Source: Minisyncoccota bacterium (lineage in GTDB: Bacteria; Patescibacteriota; Minisyncoccia; 2-02-FULL-40-12; IGHO2-12-FULL-4). From it: DNA of 64,000 nt. The position numbers and the translations under genes were made by a program. Positions 18,131 to 26,321 of this stretch are shown in pieces. The stretch lies in NCBI GenBank assembly GCA_036517795.1, contig DATDTF010000011.1:9772-73771 (forward strand), in the 5' to 3' direction. Position 1 is the stretch's first letter. Each line of letters begins with the position of its first letter. The notes beneath the pieces were generated by a model that did no database searches, had not been told where the DNA came from, and saw only the letters and a program-made list of their open reading frames with translations.

Positions 18131-20329
18131 CTACTCAAAATGCCTAATCTTCTGAAATTTAGCTAACTGATTTTTTAGAGCAGGATAACTTTTAAGATTT
18201 GGATCTTCCTTCAGTAAAAGCTTGGCTTCTAGCCGGGCTTTTTTTATTAGGTCTAAATCAGTCAAAGAAGCCATGGCTAAGTCAGGCAAGCCGGATTGTT
18301 TAGTACCGACAAATTCTCCCGGTCCGCGTAACAACAAATCTTGTTCAGCCAACTTGAAGCCGTCATCGGAAATCTCCAAAGCCCTTAGCCTCTTATTCTC
18401 AAAACGATTATTGCCGCCATTAACCAAAAAACAATACGACTGATGTTCCGCTCGCCCAACCCGGCCGCGAAACTGATGCAGTTGCGACAGTCCGAATCTT
18501 TCAGCATTCTCAATTAACATTACTGTAGCATTGGGAACATCCACTCCGACCTCAACAACCGAGGTGGATACCAAGATCTGATACTTTCCGTTTTTAAAAT
18601 CTTCCATTATTTTTTCCTTTTCTTTAGGCTTCATTTTTCCGTGAAGCATGGCAATCTTAAAATTAGGAAAAACTTTTTGTGAAAGTTTTTCATATTCGGT
18701 AGTGACGGCTTTGACTTCGGCCCACAAAATATTCATCTTGTTTTGTTGGGCAGAAGTTTTTACTGCTTCTTGCGGATTGCTAAGTTCGATGCGGGGACAT
18801 ATAACAAAAGTCTGCCGACCAGACAGAATTTCCTTTTCAACAAAACCGTAAACTTCGGCAGACTTATCTTTTGCAAAAACTTTGGTAATAATTTTCTTTC
18901 GGTCTTTCGGCTTTTCTTTAATTAAGGAAACGTCCAAGTCGCCGTATATAGTTAGCGCGAGTGTTCGTGGTATTGGCGTTGCAGTCATAGAGAGCAAATG
19001 TGGTGTCAAGGGTGCGGGGGATTGGGCGTCCCAGTGCCGATATTGCTTTGCCGGTATTTCTTCCCTTGTCCCTTGTCCCTTTACCAGTTGCATTCTCTGC
19101 TTTACACCAAAACGATGCTGTTCATCTATTATTATCAATCCCAAATTTTTAAATTTAACATCTTTTTGTATAACTGCGTGTGTGCCGACAACTATATCTA
19201 TCTCGCCATTTGAGATTTTCTTTTGCATTAAATTTTTAGAGATTTTTTCTTCAGTAACTTCGTCTATCGGCCACTGTTTTGCCTCACTTCCAGTCAGTAA
19301 ACCCACCCTGGTCCTTAATCTGCCAAGCAACGACTTTATGGTTGCATAATGCTGTTGCGCCAATATCTCCGTTGGTGCCATAAAAACCGTTTGAAAACCC
19401 GAGTTGGCGGTCTGACAGGCGGCAATAATCGCAACGATTGTCTTGCCTGAACCGACATCGCCATTTAATAGCCTATTCATAGGATAACTTCTGCCAAAAT
19501 CTTTCATAATCTCAAAAGCGCAAACCCTCTGATCATTAGTCAAAACAAACGGCAAGCTCCCGACAAACCCTTTTACCAACTCCGGTTTGAAAATTACCGA
19601 AGGCGCTTTAAGTTTGGAAAGACCGCGCCGACCCAAAAGAGACTTGATTTGAAACAAAAGCAATTCATCAAAGGCAACCCTTTTTCTGGCAACTCCAGCT
19701 TCCTCTAAAGATTCCGGAAAGTGAATTGTCTTTATTGCTAGGTCCAAGCTGGGAAAATTATATTTTTTTCTTACGTTTTCCGGCAGATGATCGGAAAACT
19801 TATCTGTAGCACCTAGCAAAGGTTTTATTAAAAAACGAAGGTATCTGGAGGAAATGCCCTCTGTCTCCGGATAGACAGGCACTAGTCTGCCGGTATGGAC
19901 CAAGTCAATCTTGGTCTCAAAAATTTTTTCATACGAAGGGCTGGAAAGATAAATTCCCCGCTTATCCAAAGCCACCTTACCGGATAAGCTGACGAGACTT
20001 CCTTCGACAAGAGAGTTTTCTATATATGGCTGATTAAACCAAACAGCTCTGGTCTGTTCATCACCGTCTTTTATGTGAGCCTCTGTTATGGACATCCGGC
20101 GGCGCCAAATATTAGTCGTTTTTATCTTCGCCACCTCGCCTATGATACTGATCACTTTGCCGACTTCTCCAACCTCACCCAGACCAACTGTTTGAGTGAA
20201 ATCTTCGTAACGGCTGGGAAAATGCCAGAGCAAATCTTTGACAGTTTTAATGCCCAGCCTTTTCAGTCTCGGCAAATTCTTAGGCCCAACTTTAGGCAAT
20301 TTTTCTATAGGAGTAAGCAAATCCAGCAT
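18131..20329 (-). CDS. recG: ATP-dependent DNA helicase RecG
   Basis: 732 aa. Walker A GDVGSGKT. DEQHRFGV. MTATPIPRTL. Carries an in-frame repeat-derived insertion (see findings). Confidence 0.85.
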   Translation of the reverse strand: MLDLLTPIEKLPKVGPKNLPRLKRLGIKTVKDLLWHFPSRYEDFTQTVGLGEVGEVGKVISIIGEVAKIKTTNIWRRRMSITEAHIKDGDEQTRAVWFNQPYIENSLVEGSLVSLSGKVALDKRGIYLSSPSYEKIFETKIDLVHTGRLVPVYPETEGISSRYLRFLIKPLLGATDKFSDHLPENVRKKYNFPSLDLAIKTIHFPESLEEAGVARKRVAFDELLLFQIKSLLGRRGLSKLKAPSVIFKPELVKGFVGSLPFVLTNDQRVCAFEIMKDFGRSYPMNRLLNGDVGSGKTIVAIIAACQTANSGFQTVFMAPTEILAQQHYATIKSLLGRLRTRVGLLTGSEAKQWPIDEVTEEKISKNLMQKKISNGEIDIVVGTHAVIQKDVKFKNLGLIIIDEQHRFGVKQRMQLVKGQGTREEIPAKQYRHWDAQSPAPLTPHLLSMTATPIPRTLALTIYGDLDVSLIKEKPKDRKKIITKVFAKDKSAEVYGFVEKEILSGRQTFVICPRIELSNPQEAVKTSAQQNKMNILWAEVKAVTTEYEKLSQKVFPNFKIAMLHGKMKPKEKEKIMEDFKNGKYQILVSTSVVEVGVDVPNATVMLIENAERFGLSQLHQFRGRVGRAEHQSYCFLVNGGNNRFENKRLRALEISDDGFKLAEQDLLLRGPGEFVGTKQSGLPDLAMASLTDLDLIKKARLEAKLLLKEDPNLKSYPALKNQLAKFQKIRHFE
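19025..19054. repeat. MITE-derived fragment in frame within recG
   Basis: ggcgtcccagtgccgatattgctttgccgg. Its reverse complement matches the MITE 3' end (caatatcggcactgggacgcc). It encodes KQYRHWDAQ, a roughly 16 aa extra segment between DEQHRFGV and MTATPIPRT. Confidence 0.6.
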
Positions 20330-20427
20330 ATAGTCTTAATAACATTTCTACCCATACCTTAAAAGCCTCTCTGTTTGAGATTTAAGCGATTGGAGTAAAA
20401 TGATAAAAGCAGAGACAGTCTCACGAT

Positions 20428-22524
20428 ATGAAAAAAAGTTTCCGTTTAATTCTAGTAAGTTTTGTTATTCTCTTTCTGGAGCTTCTTTTGATTAGGCTGG
20501 TTGAAACAGAAGTTAGGATTTTCGCCTATCTTTCAAATTTAATTCTGCTGGCAATATTCATAGGAACAGGAATCGGAATGTTGGTGAAAAAAGAATTTTC
20601 TTTGGTTCTTTCTTCGGTTTTACTCTTTGCAATTTCAGCGTCGCTTATCTCTGGGTTGTTTTCCGGCATAACTGAAATGATATCTCCTTTAAGCGAGAGC
20701 TTTATCTGGTTTCAGCCGACGCAGACGGATATTGTAGACGTCATTGCCGGTTTCTTTTTAACGGCCGTTTTATTTTTTGCCGTAATGACGGTTTTCATTC
20801 CGCTTGGCCAAAATCTGGGCAGAATGTTTAACAATACCAATCGTTTGATTCTTTGGTATTCCTTAAATGTGGCCGCTGGGGTGGCCGGTATGTGGAGTTT
20901 CTACGGACTATCTTTAATTAGCATCTCTCCCTACATAGGATTAGCCTTCGGTCAAATATTGCTGACCCTTTTGTTGGAAAATAAAAAAGGCCGGATTGTT
21001 TCGGGTGTTCTTGCTATTTTAATGCTGGGTATTGCTTATCAACCTTCCATAGTTCAAGAAGAAAAAACAATTTGGTCGCCATATCAAAAATTAAGCCTAT
21101 CCAGTCAATCGGAGAAATCTGATTTGCCGCCCGGTTATTTATTGAAAGTTAACAACGTTGGCTATATGGGGCTTCTAGATCTTTCTAACGCCTATAAAGA
21201 ACAGGTGGATGAGCGTTTGGCAAACCAAGAACTGCCGAAAAATTTTGACCTACGGTTTGCTGATCAATATGAATTGCCATTTCTTTTTAAACCGGCACCG
21301 GAGCGAGTTTTAATTATTGGCTCGGGCGGAGGCAACGATGTGGCCGCCGCTTTAAGAAAAGGAGCGGACAGAATTGATGCCATTGAGATTGACCCCAAAA
21401 TCGCAGAATTTGGAAAGATTTACCACCCCGAAAAACCCTACCAATCGCCTAAAGTAAATTTAATCATTGATGACGGCCGTTCTTTTTTCAAAGGTAGCAA
21501 GGAAAAATATGACCTTGTAATTCTGGGTCTGGCTGACTCTCATGCCCTCACTTCTTCGTTGACCAATGTCAGGTTGGACAACTTTCTTTACACCCAAGAA
21601 AGCTTTTCCGAAATCAAAAAAATTTTGAAGCCGGATGGAGTGCTAGCCGTTTCTTTTGATGTGCGGCGGCCATGGGTTGGAGCAAGAATAAAAAAAGGCC
21701 TTGCCGATTCTTTCGGCCGTTCTCCCGAAATTTTTAACTTTCAAGACATCAATATTTTCGGCTGGGGAGGGGTACTTTTTTTGGCCCAAAATTCATCGGG
21801 AACAATAGAAGCGGCTTTCCAAAACAATCCTGATTTTGAAAAATTCATAAACAGCCGTAAAGCTGACTTTAACCAAGAAGTTAAACCCTTAACCGATAAC
21901 TGGCCGTATCTTTATCTTGACCAGCCCCGCTTGCCTAAAATTCATTTGATAATTTCAGCTTTGCTTTTTCTTTTTTTCCTGCCTTTCGGCAAAAAACTTT
22001 TTATGGGGAGCCGTTTTAGTTGGCCGATGTTTTTTCTGGGCGCCGGATTTCTGCTCTATGAATTTTTCAATATCAGCCGGACCGGCTTGTTATTCGGCAA
22101 CACCTGGACCACAAATTTATTCACAATTACAGCAATTCTATTTTTTATTTTATTGGCGAATTTTCTGCATGCAAAACGTCCAATACCTTTGAAGGCTTCT
22201 TTTGCCGGGATTATTCTGTCTCTTGCTTTACAATTTATTATTCCGCTTGACTACTTCAACTCTTTTAATTTCTTTTTTAAAACAGTTTCAGCGTCCATTG
22301 TTTTAAATTTGCCGTTTTTCTTTTCCGCCTTGGCATTTATAGCTCTCTTCGCCCGGGCGCGGGAACGATCATCAGCACTCGCCAGCAATCTGATCGGCAG
22401 CGGCATAGGCGGGATACTTTCATTTGTAAGTTTTCTGTTCGGTCTGTCATCGCTTTTGATTGTCAGTCTGATTTTTTATATCTCAGCAATTTTTCTTCTC
22501 TTGTTTCGCGAAAGGGTAAAATAG
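20428..22524 (+). CDS. polytopic membrane protein with spermidine-synthase-like (class I methyltransferase fold) domain
   Basis: Multiple TMs at both ends. Central VLIIGSGGGNDVAAALRK ... DLVILGLADSH ... LKPDGVLAV resembles aminopropyltransferase/SpeE-like domains. Confidence 0.45.
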   Translation: MKKSFRLILVSFVILFLELLLIRLVETEVRIFAYLSNLILLAIFIGTGIGMLVKKEFSLVLSSVLLFAISASLISGLFSGITEMISPLSESFIWFQPTQTDIVDVIAGFFLTAVLFFAVMTVFIPLGQNLGRMFNNTNRLILWYSLNVAAGVAGMWSFYGLSLISISPYIGLAFGQILLTLLLENKKGRIVSGVLAILMLGIAYQPSIVQEEKTIWSPYQKLSLSSQSEKSDLPPGYLLKVNNVGYMGLLDLSNAYKEQVDERLANQELPKNFDLRFADQYELPFLFKPAPERVLIIGSGGGNDVAAALRKGADRIDAIEIDPKIAEFGKIYHPEKPYQSPKVNLIIDDGRSFFKGSKEKYDLVILGLADSHALTSSLTNVRLDNFLYTQESFSEIKKILKPDGVLAVSFDVRRPWVGARIKKGLADSFGRSPEIFNFQDINIFGWGGVLFLAQNSSGTIEAAFQNNPDFEKFINSRKADFNQEVKPLTDNWPYLYLDQPRLPKIHLIISALLFLFFLPFGKKLFMGSRFSWPMFFLGAGFLLYEFFNISRTGLLFGNTWTTNLFTITAILFFILLANFLHAKRPIPLKASFAGIILSLALQFIIPLDYFNSFNFFFKTVSASIVLNLPFFFSALAFIALFARARERSSALASNLIGSGIGGILSFVSFLFGLSSLLIVSLIFYISAIFLLLFRERVK

Positions 22525-22557
22525 TTTTAAAACTGGCCGTCTTTGTTCTATAATAAC

Positions 22558-22730
22558 AAAGAGATTGTCTAACTTCCATGTCGGTTACAATCTCGGTTTG
22601 CAACTTCGGAAGTTAAGAGGTTTGTGAACTTCTATGACTTACTTAAGAGGTTGTCAGACTTCTCTGGTTGCCTAACCTCGGTTTGCAATATCGGCAATTC
22701 AGAGACTTCAGACTTCGTTGGCTTACTTAC
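22558..22730. repeat. dispersed intergenic repeat (family 2, composite copy)
   Basis: Shares about 65 bp with 25925..25990. Has reverse-complement matches to 18024..18130. Contains caatatcgg. Confidence 0.6.
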
Positions 22731-22731
22731 T

Positions 22732-23058
22732 ATGTACTACCCCATCTTTCTTTTAGTTATGCTTGTCACAGCTTTAATTATTGAAAAAGTGTTCCATGAG
22801 CATCTCTTTCACTCTTTTAAAGAAAGGTCCCTGTGCATTATCATAGCCGTTGTAGCAATAATGGTATGGGATTTTTATGGAATACCCAGAGAACACTGGA
22901 TTTTTACAGGCAAAGGTATTTCTGGAATTTTTATTGGACCGATGCCAATAGAAGAAATCGGGTGGACTCTGTTTGTGCCCTATCTTTGGGTCACTATTTA
23001 TATTGCAATACACAGTATTTTTGATAAGAAAAGAAACAAAAACAAATGGAAGAGCTGA
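22732..23058 (+). CDS. lycopene-cyclase-domain (CrtYc/Yd-like) small membrane protein
   Basis: 3-TM protein with HWIFTGKGISGIFIGPMPIEEIGW, the hallmark PxEE-containing motif. Start trimmed to exclude repeat-encoded residues. Confidence 0.35.
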   Translation: MYYPIFLLVMLVTALIIEKVFHEHLFHSFKERSLCIIIAVVAIMVWDFYGIPREHWIFTGKGISGIFIGPMPIEEIGWTLFVPYLWVTIYIAIHSIFDKKRNKNKWKS

Positions 23059-23351
23059 TTATTTTAATTTTTTTGTTTGCGGCAACCGTTGTCTTGGAAA
23101 TAAAGTACAAGCTGGTTTTGTACCACTCAAAAAAAGAAAGAGTATGGACGACTCTGGTTGTGCTTATAATTATGATTGCGGAAGAACAGCTGGCGAGGAT
23201 AAACGAAATCTGGCTTTTCCCCGGCCCGGGAATGACGGGTATCTACATTTACGGTTTGCCGTTAGATTTATATCTTTTTTATGTCATTTTGCCCTATTTC
23301 GTTTTTGTAGTTTTTGAACTCATCCACAAAAAAATGGATAAAAATCGGTAA
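23046..23351 (+). CDS. lycopene-cyclase-domain small membrane protein (paralogous partner)
   Basis: EIWLFPGPGMTGIYIYGLPLDLYLF is the same motif pattern as the upstream paralogue. Overlapping gene pair, like heterodimeric CrtYc/CrtYd. Confidence 0.35.
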   Translation: MEELIILIFLFAATVVLEIKYKLVLYHSKKERVWTTLVVLIIMIAEEQLARINEIWLFPGPGMTGIYIYGLPLDLYLFYVILPYFVFVVFELIHKKMDKNR

Positions 23352-23353
23352 AC

Positions 23354-24427
23354 TCAACTGTGCAACTTTTTATCTCCAAGTTCATGTTTCTTCCACAAGT
23401 CAATATGTGGATTTATAACCCCCGTTTTCTTTTGAATATTTTTACTCCACTTTTGATTACCTAGATACCAAGTCACTGTTTCCGCCAGCATTTTTTTAAA
23501 TTTATATTTTGGTCTCCAACCAAGTTCTTTTGTAATTTTAGCATGGTCAATAGCGTATCGCCTATCATGACCCGGGCGATCAGCTACAAAGGTTATTAAA
23601 CTCTCTGGCTTGTTGAGTATGCCAAGAATCATCTTGGCTATTTCTAAATTGCTATGCTCCTCATCAGCTCCCATGTTATAGACATCTCCTGCTTCACCAT
23701 CAAACAAAACCTTGGTCAGACCCTCAACATGATCCAAAACATATATCCAGTCTCTGATATTTTTGCCGTCGCCATAAAGAGGCAAAGATTCATTTTTCAT
23801 CGCCCTTGAAGTAAAAAAGGGGATTAATTTTTCTGGATACTGATAAGGTCCAAAATTATTAGAGCAGTGAGTGACTACTAGTGGCAATTTCCATGTAAAA
23901 TGATAAGACCGGCAAAGAAGATCTCCGCCAGCTTTAGTAGAGGAGTAAGGTACATTAGGCTGATACTGGGTATTTTCGGTAAATTTTCCCTTTGAGCCTA
24001 TGGACAGACTGCCATAGACTTCATCGGTAGAAACAAATAATGCTTTCTCTATGCCATATTTTTTTATTGCTTCCAGTAAAACAAAAACTCCATAGACATT
24101 TGTGTCTATAAACTCTTTAGCGCCGACGTGAATACTCCTGTCAACGTGAGTTTCCGCAGCAAAGTTAATTAAAAAATCCGGTTTGTATTTTTTAAAAACA
24201 GTCTCAACTTTCTTGGCATCAGCAATATCTCCCTTAACAAAAGTGTAGCGTTTTTTAAATTTTGGGTTTAGTGAAATATCGGAAAGATTTTCCTTATTGC
24301 CGGAATAGGTAAGTTTGTCCAAGTTAATGACCTGCCAATCGGGATAGTTATTTAAAAAATGTCTAACAAAATGTCCGCCTATAAATCCGCAGCCACCGGT
24401 AACTAAAATTGTTTGATGTCTCTTCAT
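23354..24427 (-). CDS. rfbB: dTDP-glucose 4,6-dehydratase
   Basis: ILVTGGCGFIGGHF NAD-binding motif and SDR-extended fold. Start trimmed to MKRHQT because the longer ORF runs into a tRNA. Confidence 0.85.
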   Translation of the reverse strand: MKRHQTILVTGGCGFIGGHFVRHFLNNYPDWQVINLDKLTYSGNKENLSDISLNPKFKKRYTFVKGDIADAKKVETVFKKYKPDFLINFAAETHVDRSIHVGAKEFIDTNVYGVFVLLEAIKKYGIEKALFVSTDEVYGSLSIGSKGKFTENTQYQPNVPYSSTKAGGDLLCRSYHFTWKLPLVVTHCSNNFGPYQYPEKLIPFFTSRAMKNESLPLYGDGKNIRDWIYVLDHVEGLTKVLFDGEAGDVYNMGADEEHSNLEIAKMILGILNKPESLITFVADRPGHDRRYAIDHAKITKELGWRPKYKFKKMLAETVTWYLGNQKWSKNIQKKTGVINPHIDLWKKHELGDKKLHS

Positions 24428-24436
24428 TTTCCTATG

Positions 24437-24523
24437 TGGTGCCGGTGGTGGGAGTCGGACCCACAATCCCTTACGGGCGACGCATCTTAAGTGCGTTGCG
24501 TATGCCAATTCCGCCACACCGGC
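24437..24523 (-). tRNA. tRNA-Leu(UAA), type II with long variable arm
   Basis: GCCGGTG acceptor. D-arm GGCGGAATTGG. Anticodon loop CTTAAGA. Long variable arm. T-arm GGGTCCGACTCCC. Confidence 0.75.
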
Positions 24524-24528
24524 ATTAG

Positions 24529-25023
24529 TTATATAAAGATCTTTTTAGTGTTTTTATCTCTGTTTTTTCCTCTGTGCGTTAACTGCAAGCTATGACAATT
24601 TGGGCAGAGTATCCTTAGGTTTTCTAAACGATTATCGTGCCTATCACCATTAATATGATCTAGTTCTAACGGGATCCTATTATCAACTGACTTTTTTGAC
24701 CATCCACACTCTTCACAACTCATACTTTTAAGATTAACCTGAAAAAGTCTCTTTTTTAACTTAAAGCTTTGATAGGTACTGTTTCTGATTAATATTTTCT
24801 CCAACGGTATTAGTGGTTTTCCGAGTCCACGTAGACCCTTATTCCAAGCCTTGCCTTTAAAATGTTTCGTACTGAAGTTGTTTTCTTCAATATATTTCTT
24901 TAGCTGTTCATAATTACCACCAGCTTCCCTCAACTTCAACTTTGCCAAAACTTGCCTATAGCTAGGAGATTTTTTGACTGCTTCTCGCAGTTGCTCTGTC
25001 GTCCAAGTTCTCTTTTTGCCCAT
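24529..25023 (-). CDS. HNH endonuclease (free-standing, homing-endonuclease-like)
   Basis: INGDRHDNRLENLRILCPNCH and CEECGW zinc-ribbon/HNH motifs. Sits between rfbA and tRNA-Leu. Confidence 0.6.
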   Translation of the reverse strand: MGKKRTWTTEQLREAVKKSPSYRQVLAKLKLREAGGNYEQLKKYIEENNFSTKHFKGKAWNKGLRGLGKPLIPLEKILIRNSTYQSFKLKKRLFQVNLKSMSCEECGWSKKSVDNRIPLELDHINGDRHDNRLENLRILCPNCHSLQLTHRGKNRDKNTKKIFI

Positions 25024-25116
25024 AACTGAATTGTAACAAACGGAAGACGCATGGCAAAGACAAGTTATTAACGTATGCCAATTAAAATACTTTTAACTAA
25101 AGAAAGGTTATCTTCT

Positions 25117-25821
25117 TTACCTTTTCTTCTTAGCCCATTCTATAGCTTGAGCCAAAGAATGAAAAGTGCCGGCATCAACCCAAAAGCCTTTTACAAATTC
25201 TGCTTTCATTTTTTTGTCGTTAATGTAAGCATTATTCACATCGGTAATTTCTAACTCACCACGAACCGACGGTTTAAGCGTGCGGATAATATCAAACACT
25301 TTTGAATCATACTGATATAGACCGGTAACAGCAAAGGGGGAGAGCGCTTTTTTGGGCTTTTCAATTACAGCCGAGACCCGTTTACCTTTCAATGTTGCCA
25401 CACCGAATCTCTCCGGATCAGGAACTTTTTTTAAAAATATTCTTGCTCCTTCCTTAAAAGCTTTTATCGCTTCGGGAAAACTCTCTTCAAAAATGTTGTC
25501 ACCCAAGATTACGGTCATCAAATCTTCGCCGACAAATTCTTCGGCCAACAAAAGTGCGTGGGCAATTCCTATGGCTTCTTCTTGAACTTTGTAAGTAAAA
25601 TTCGCACCAAAGTCCCTACCTGAACCAAGATATTCTATAAAATCCCCCGAATGTTCACGGCCCGAAACAATAAGAATGTCTTTGATGCCGGAGCGAAGCA
25701 AAGTATTAAGAGGATACTCAATCAAAGCCCGATCAAAAACGGGCAACAAATTTTTATTTATCAGGTTGGTTAATGGCCTCAAGCGTATACCATTACCGCC
25801 TGCCAAGATGACACCCTTCAT
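25117..25821 (-). CDS. rfbA: glucose-1-phosphate thymidylyltransferase
   Basis: MKGVILAGGNGIRLRPLT nucleotidyltransferase signature. Start trimmed because the longer ORF overlaps tRNA-Cys. Confidence 0.85.
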   Translation of the reverse strand: MKGVILAGGNGIRLRPLTNLINKNLLPVFDRALIEYPLNTLLRSGIKDILIVSGREHSGDFIEYLGSGRDFGANFTYKVQEEAIGIAHALLLAEEFVGEDLMTVILGDNIFEESFPEAIKAFKEGARIFLKKVPDPERFGVATLKGKRVSAVIEKPKKALSPFAVTGLYQYDSKVFDIIRTLKPSVRGELEITDVNNAYINDKKMKAEFVKGFWVDAGTFHSLAQAIEWAKKKR

Positions 25822-25823
25822 AG

Positions 25824-25896
25824 AGGCGCCGATGGGACTTGCACCCACGAATCGCGGTTTTGCAGACCGCTGCGTTAGCTACTTCGCCACGGCGCC
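25824..25896 (-). tRNA. tRNA-Cys(GCA)
   Basis: GGCGCCG acceptor. Anticodon loop CTGCAAA. T-arm GGGTGCAAGTCCC. Confidence 0.7.
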
Positions 25897-25924
25897 ATCT
25901 TAATTTTTAACTTTTTCAATTAAA

Positions 25925-25990
25925 GACTGTCTAACTTCGACGGTCAAGATAACCTCGGTTTTCAACTTCGGAAGCTAAGAGGTTTCTTTT
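25925..25990. repeat. dispersed repeat (family 2 copy)
   Basis: tgtctaacttcgacggtcaag..cggttttcaacttcggaagctaagaggtttc is near-identical to part of 22558..22730. Confidence 0.6.
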
Positions 25991-26319
25991 ATTCGACGGG
26001 TTACGTTTTCTATTTTCGCCGCCCTTTCTTCTGTTTCGTCCAGGACAAAAAACAATTTGGGTACCGGACGCATTTGCAGTTTCTTGTTAAGTGTTTGTTG
26101 AAAAAAATATATGCTTCTGTTGATACTCTCCAGAGCCTGCCGGCCGGCGTCCAGAGGAAAAACAGAAACATAAACCCTAACGTGGTTTAAATCTTCAGAA
26201 ACAACCGCCCTGGTAACTGTAACCAGAGCTTCAACATCAAGATCAAGTTCGCGATGCAAAATCTTGCCCACTTCATCTCTAATCAAATCATTTATTTTTT
26301 CCCGACGATGAGAGTCCAT
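25975..26319 (-). CDS. rbfA: ribosome-binding factor A
   Basis: 114 aa immediately downstream of infB. RbfA-like N-terminus. Confidence 0.7.
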   Translation of the reverse strand: MDSHRREKINDLIRDEVGKILHRELDLDVEALVTVTRAVVSEDLNHVRVYVSVFPLDAGRQALESINRSIYFFQQTLNKKLQMRPVPKLFFVLDETEERAAKIENVTRRIKETS

Positions 26320-26321
26320 GA

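Noticed and set aside
24428-24517. N-terminal 30-codon extension of the rfbB ORF (and the 9-codon extension of rfbA at 25822-25848)
   Set aside because: The extensions run through tRNA-Leu and tRNA-Cys genes on the same strand. The conserved MKRHQT and MKGVIL starts with proper spacing are preferred.
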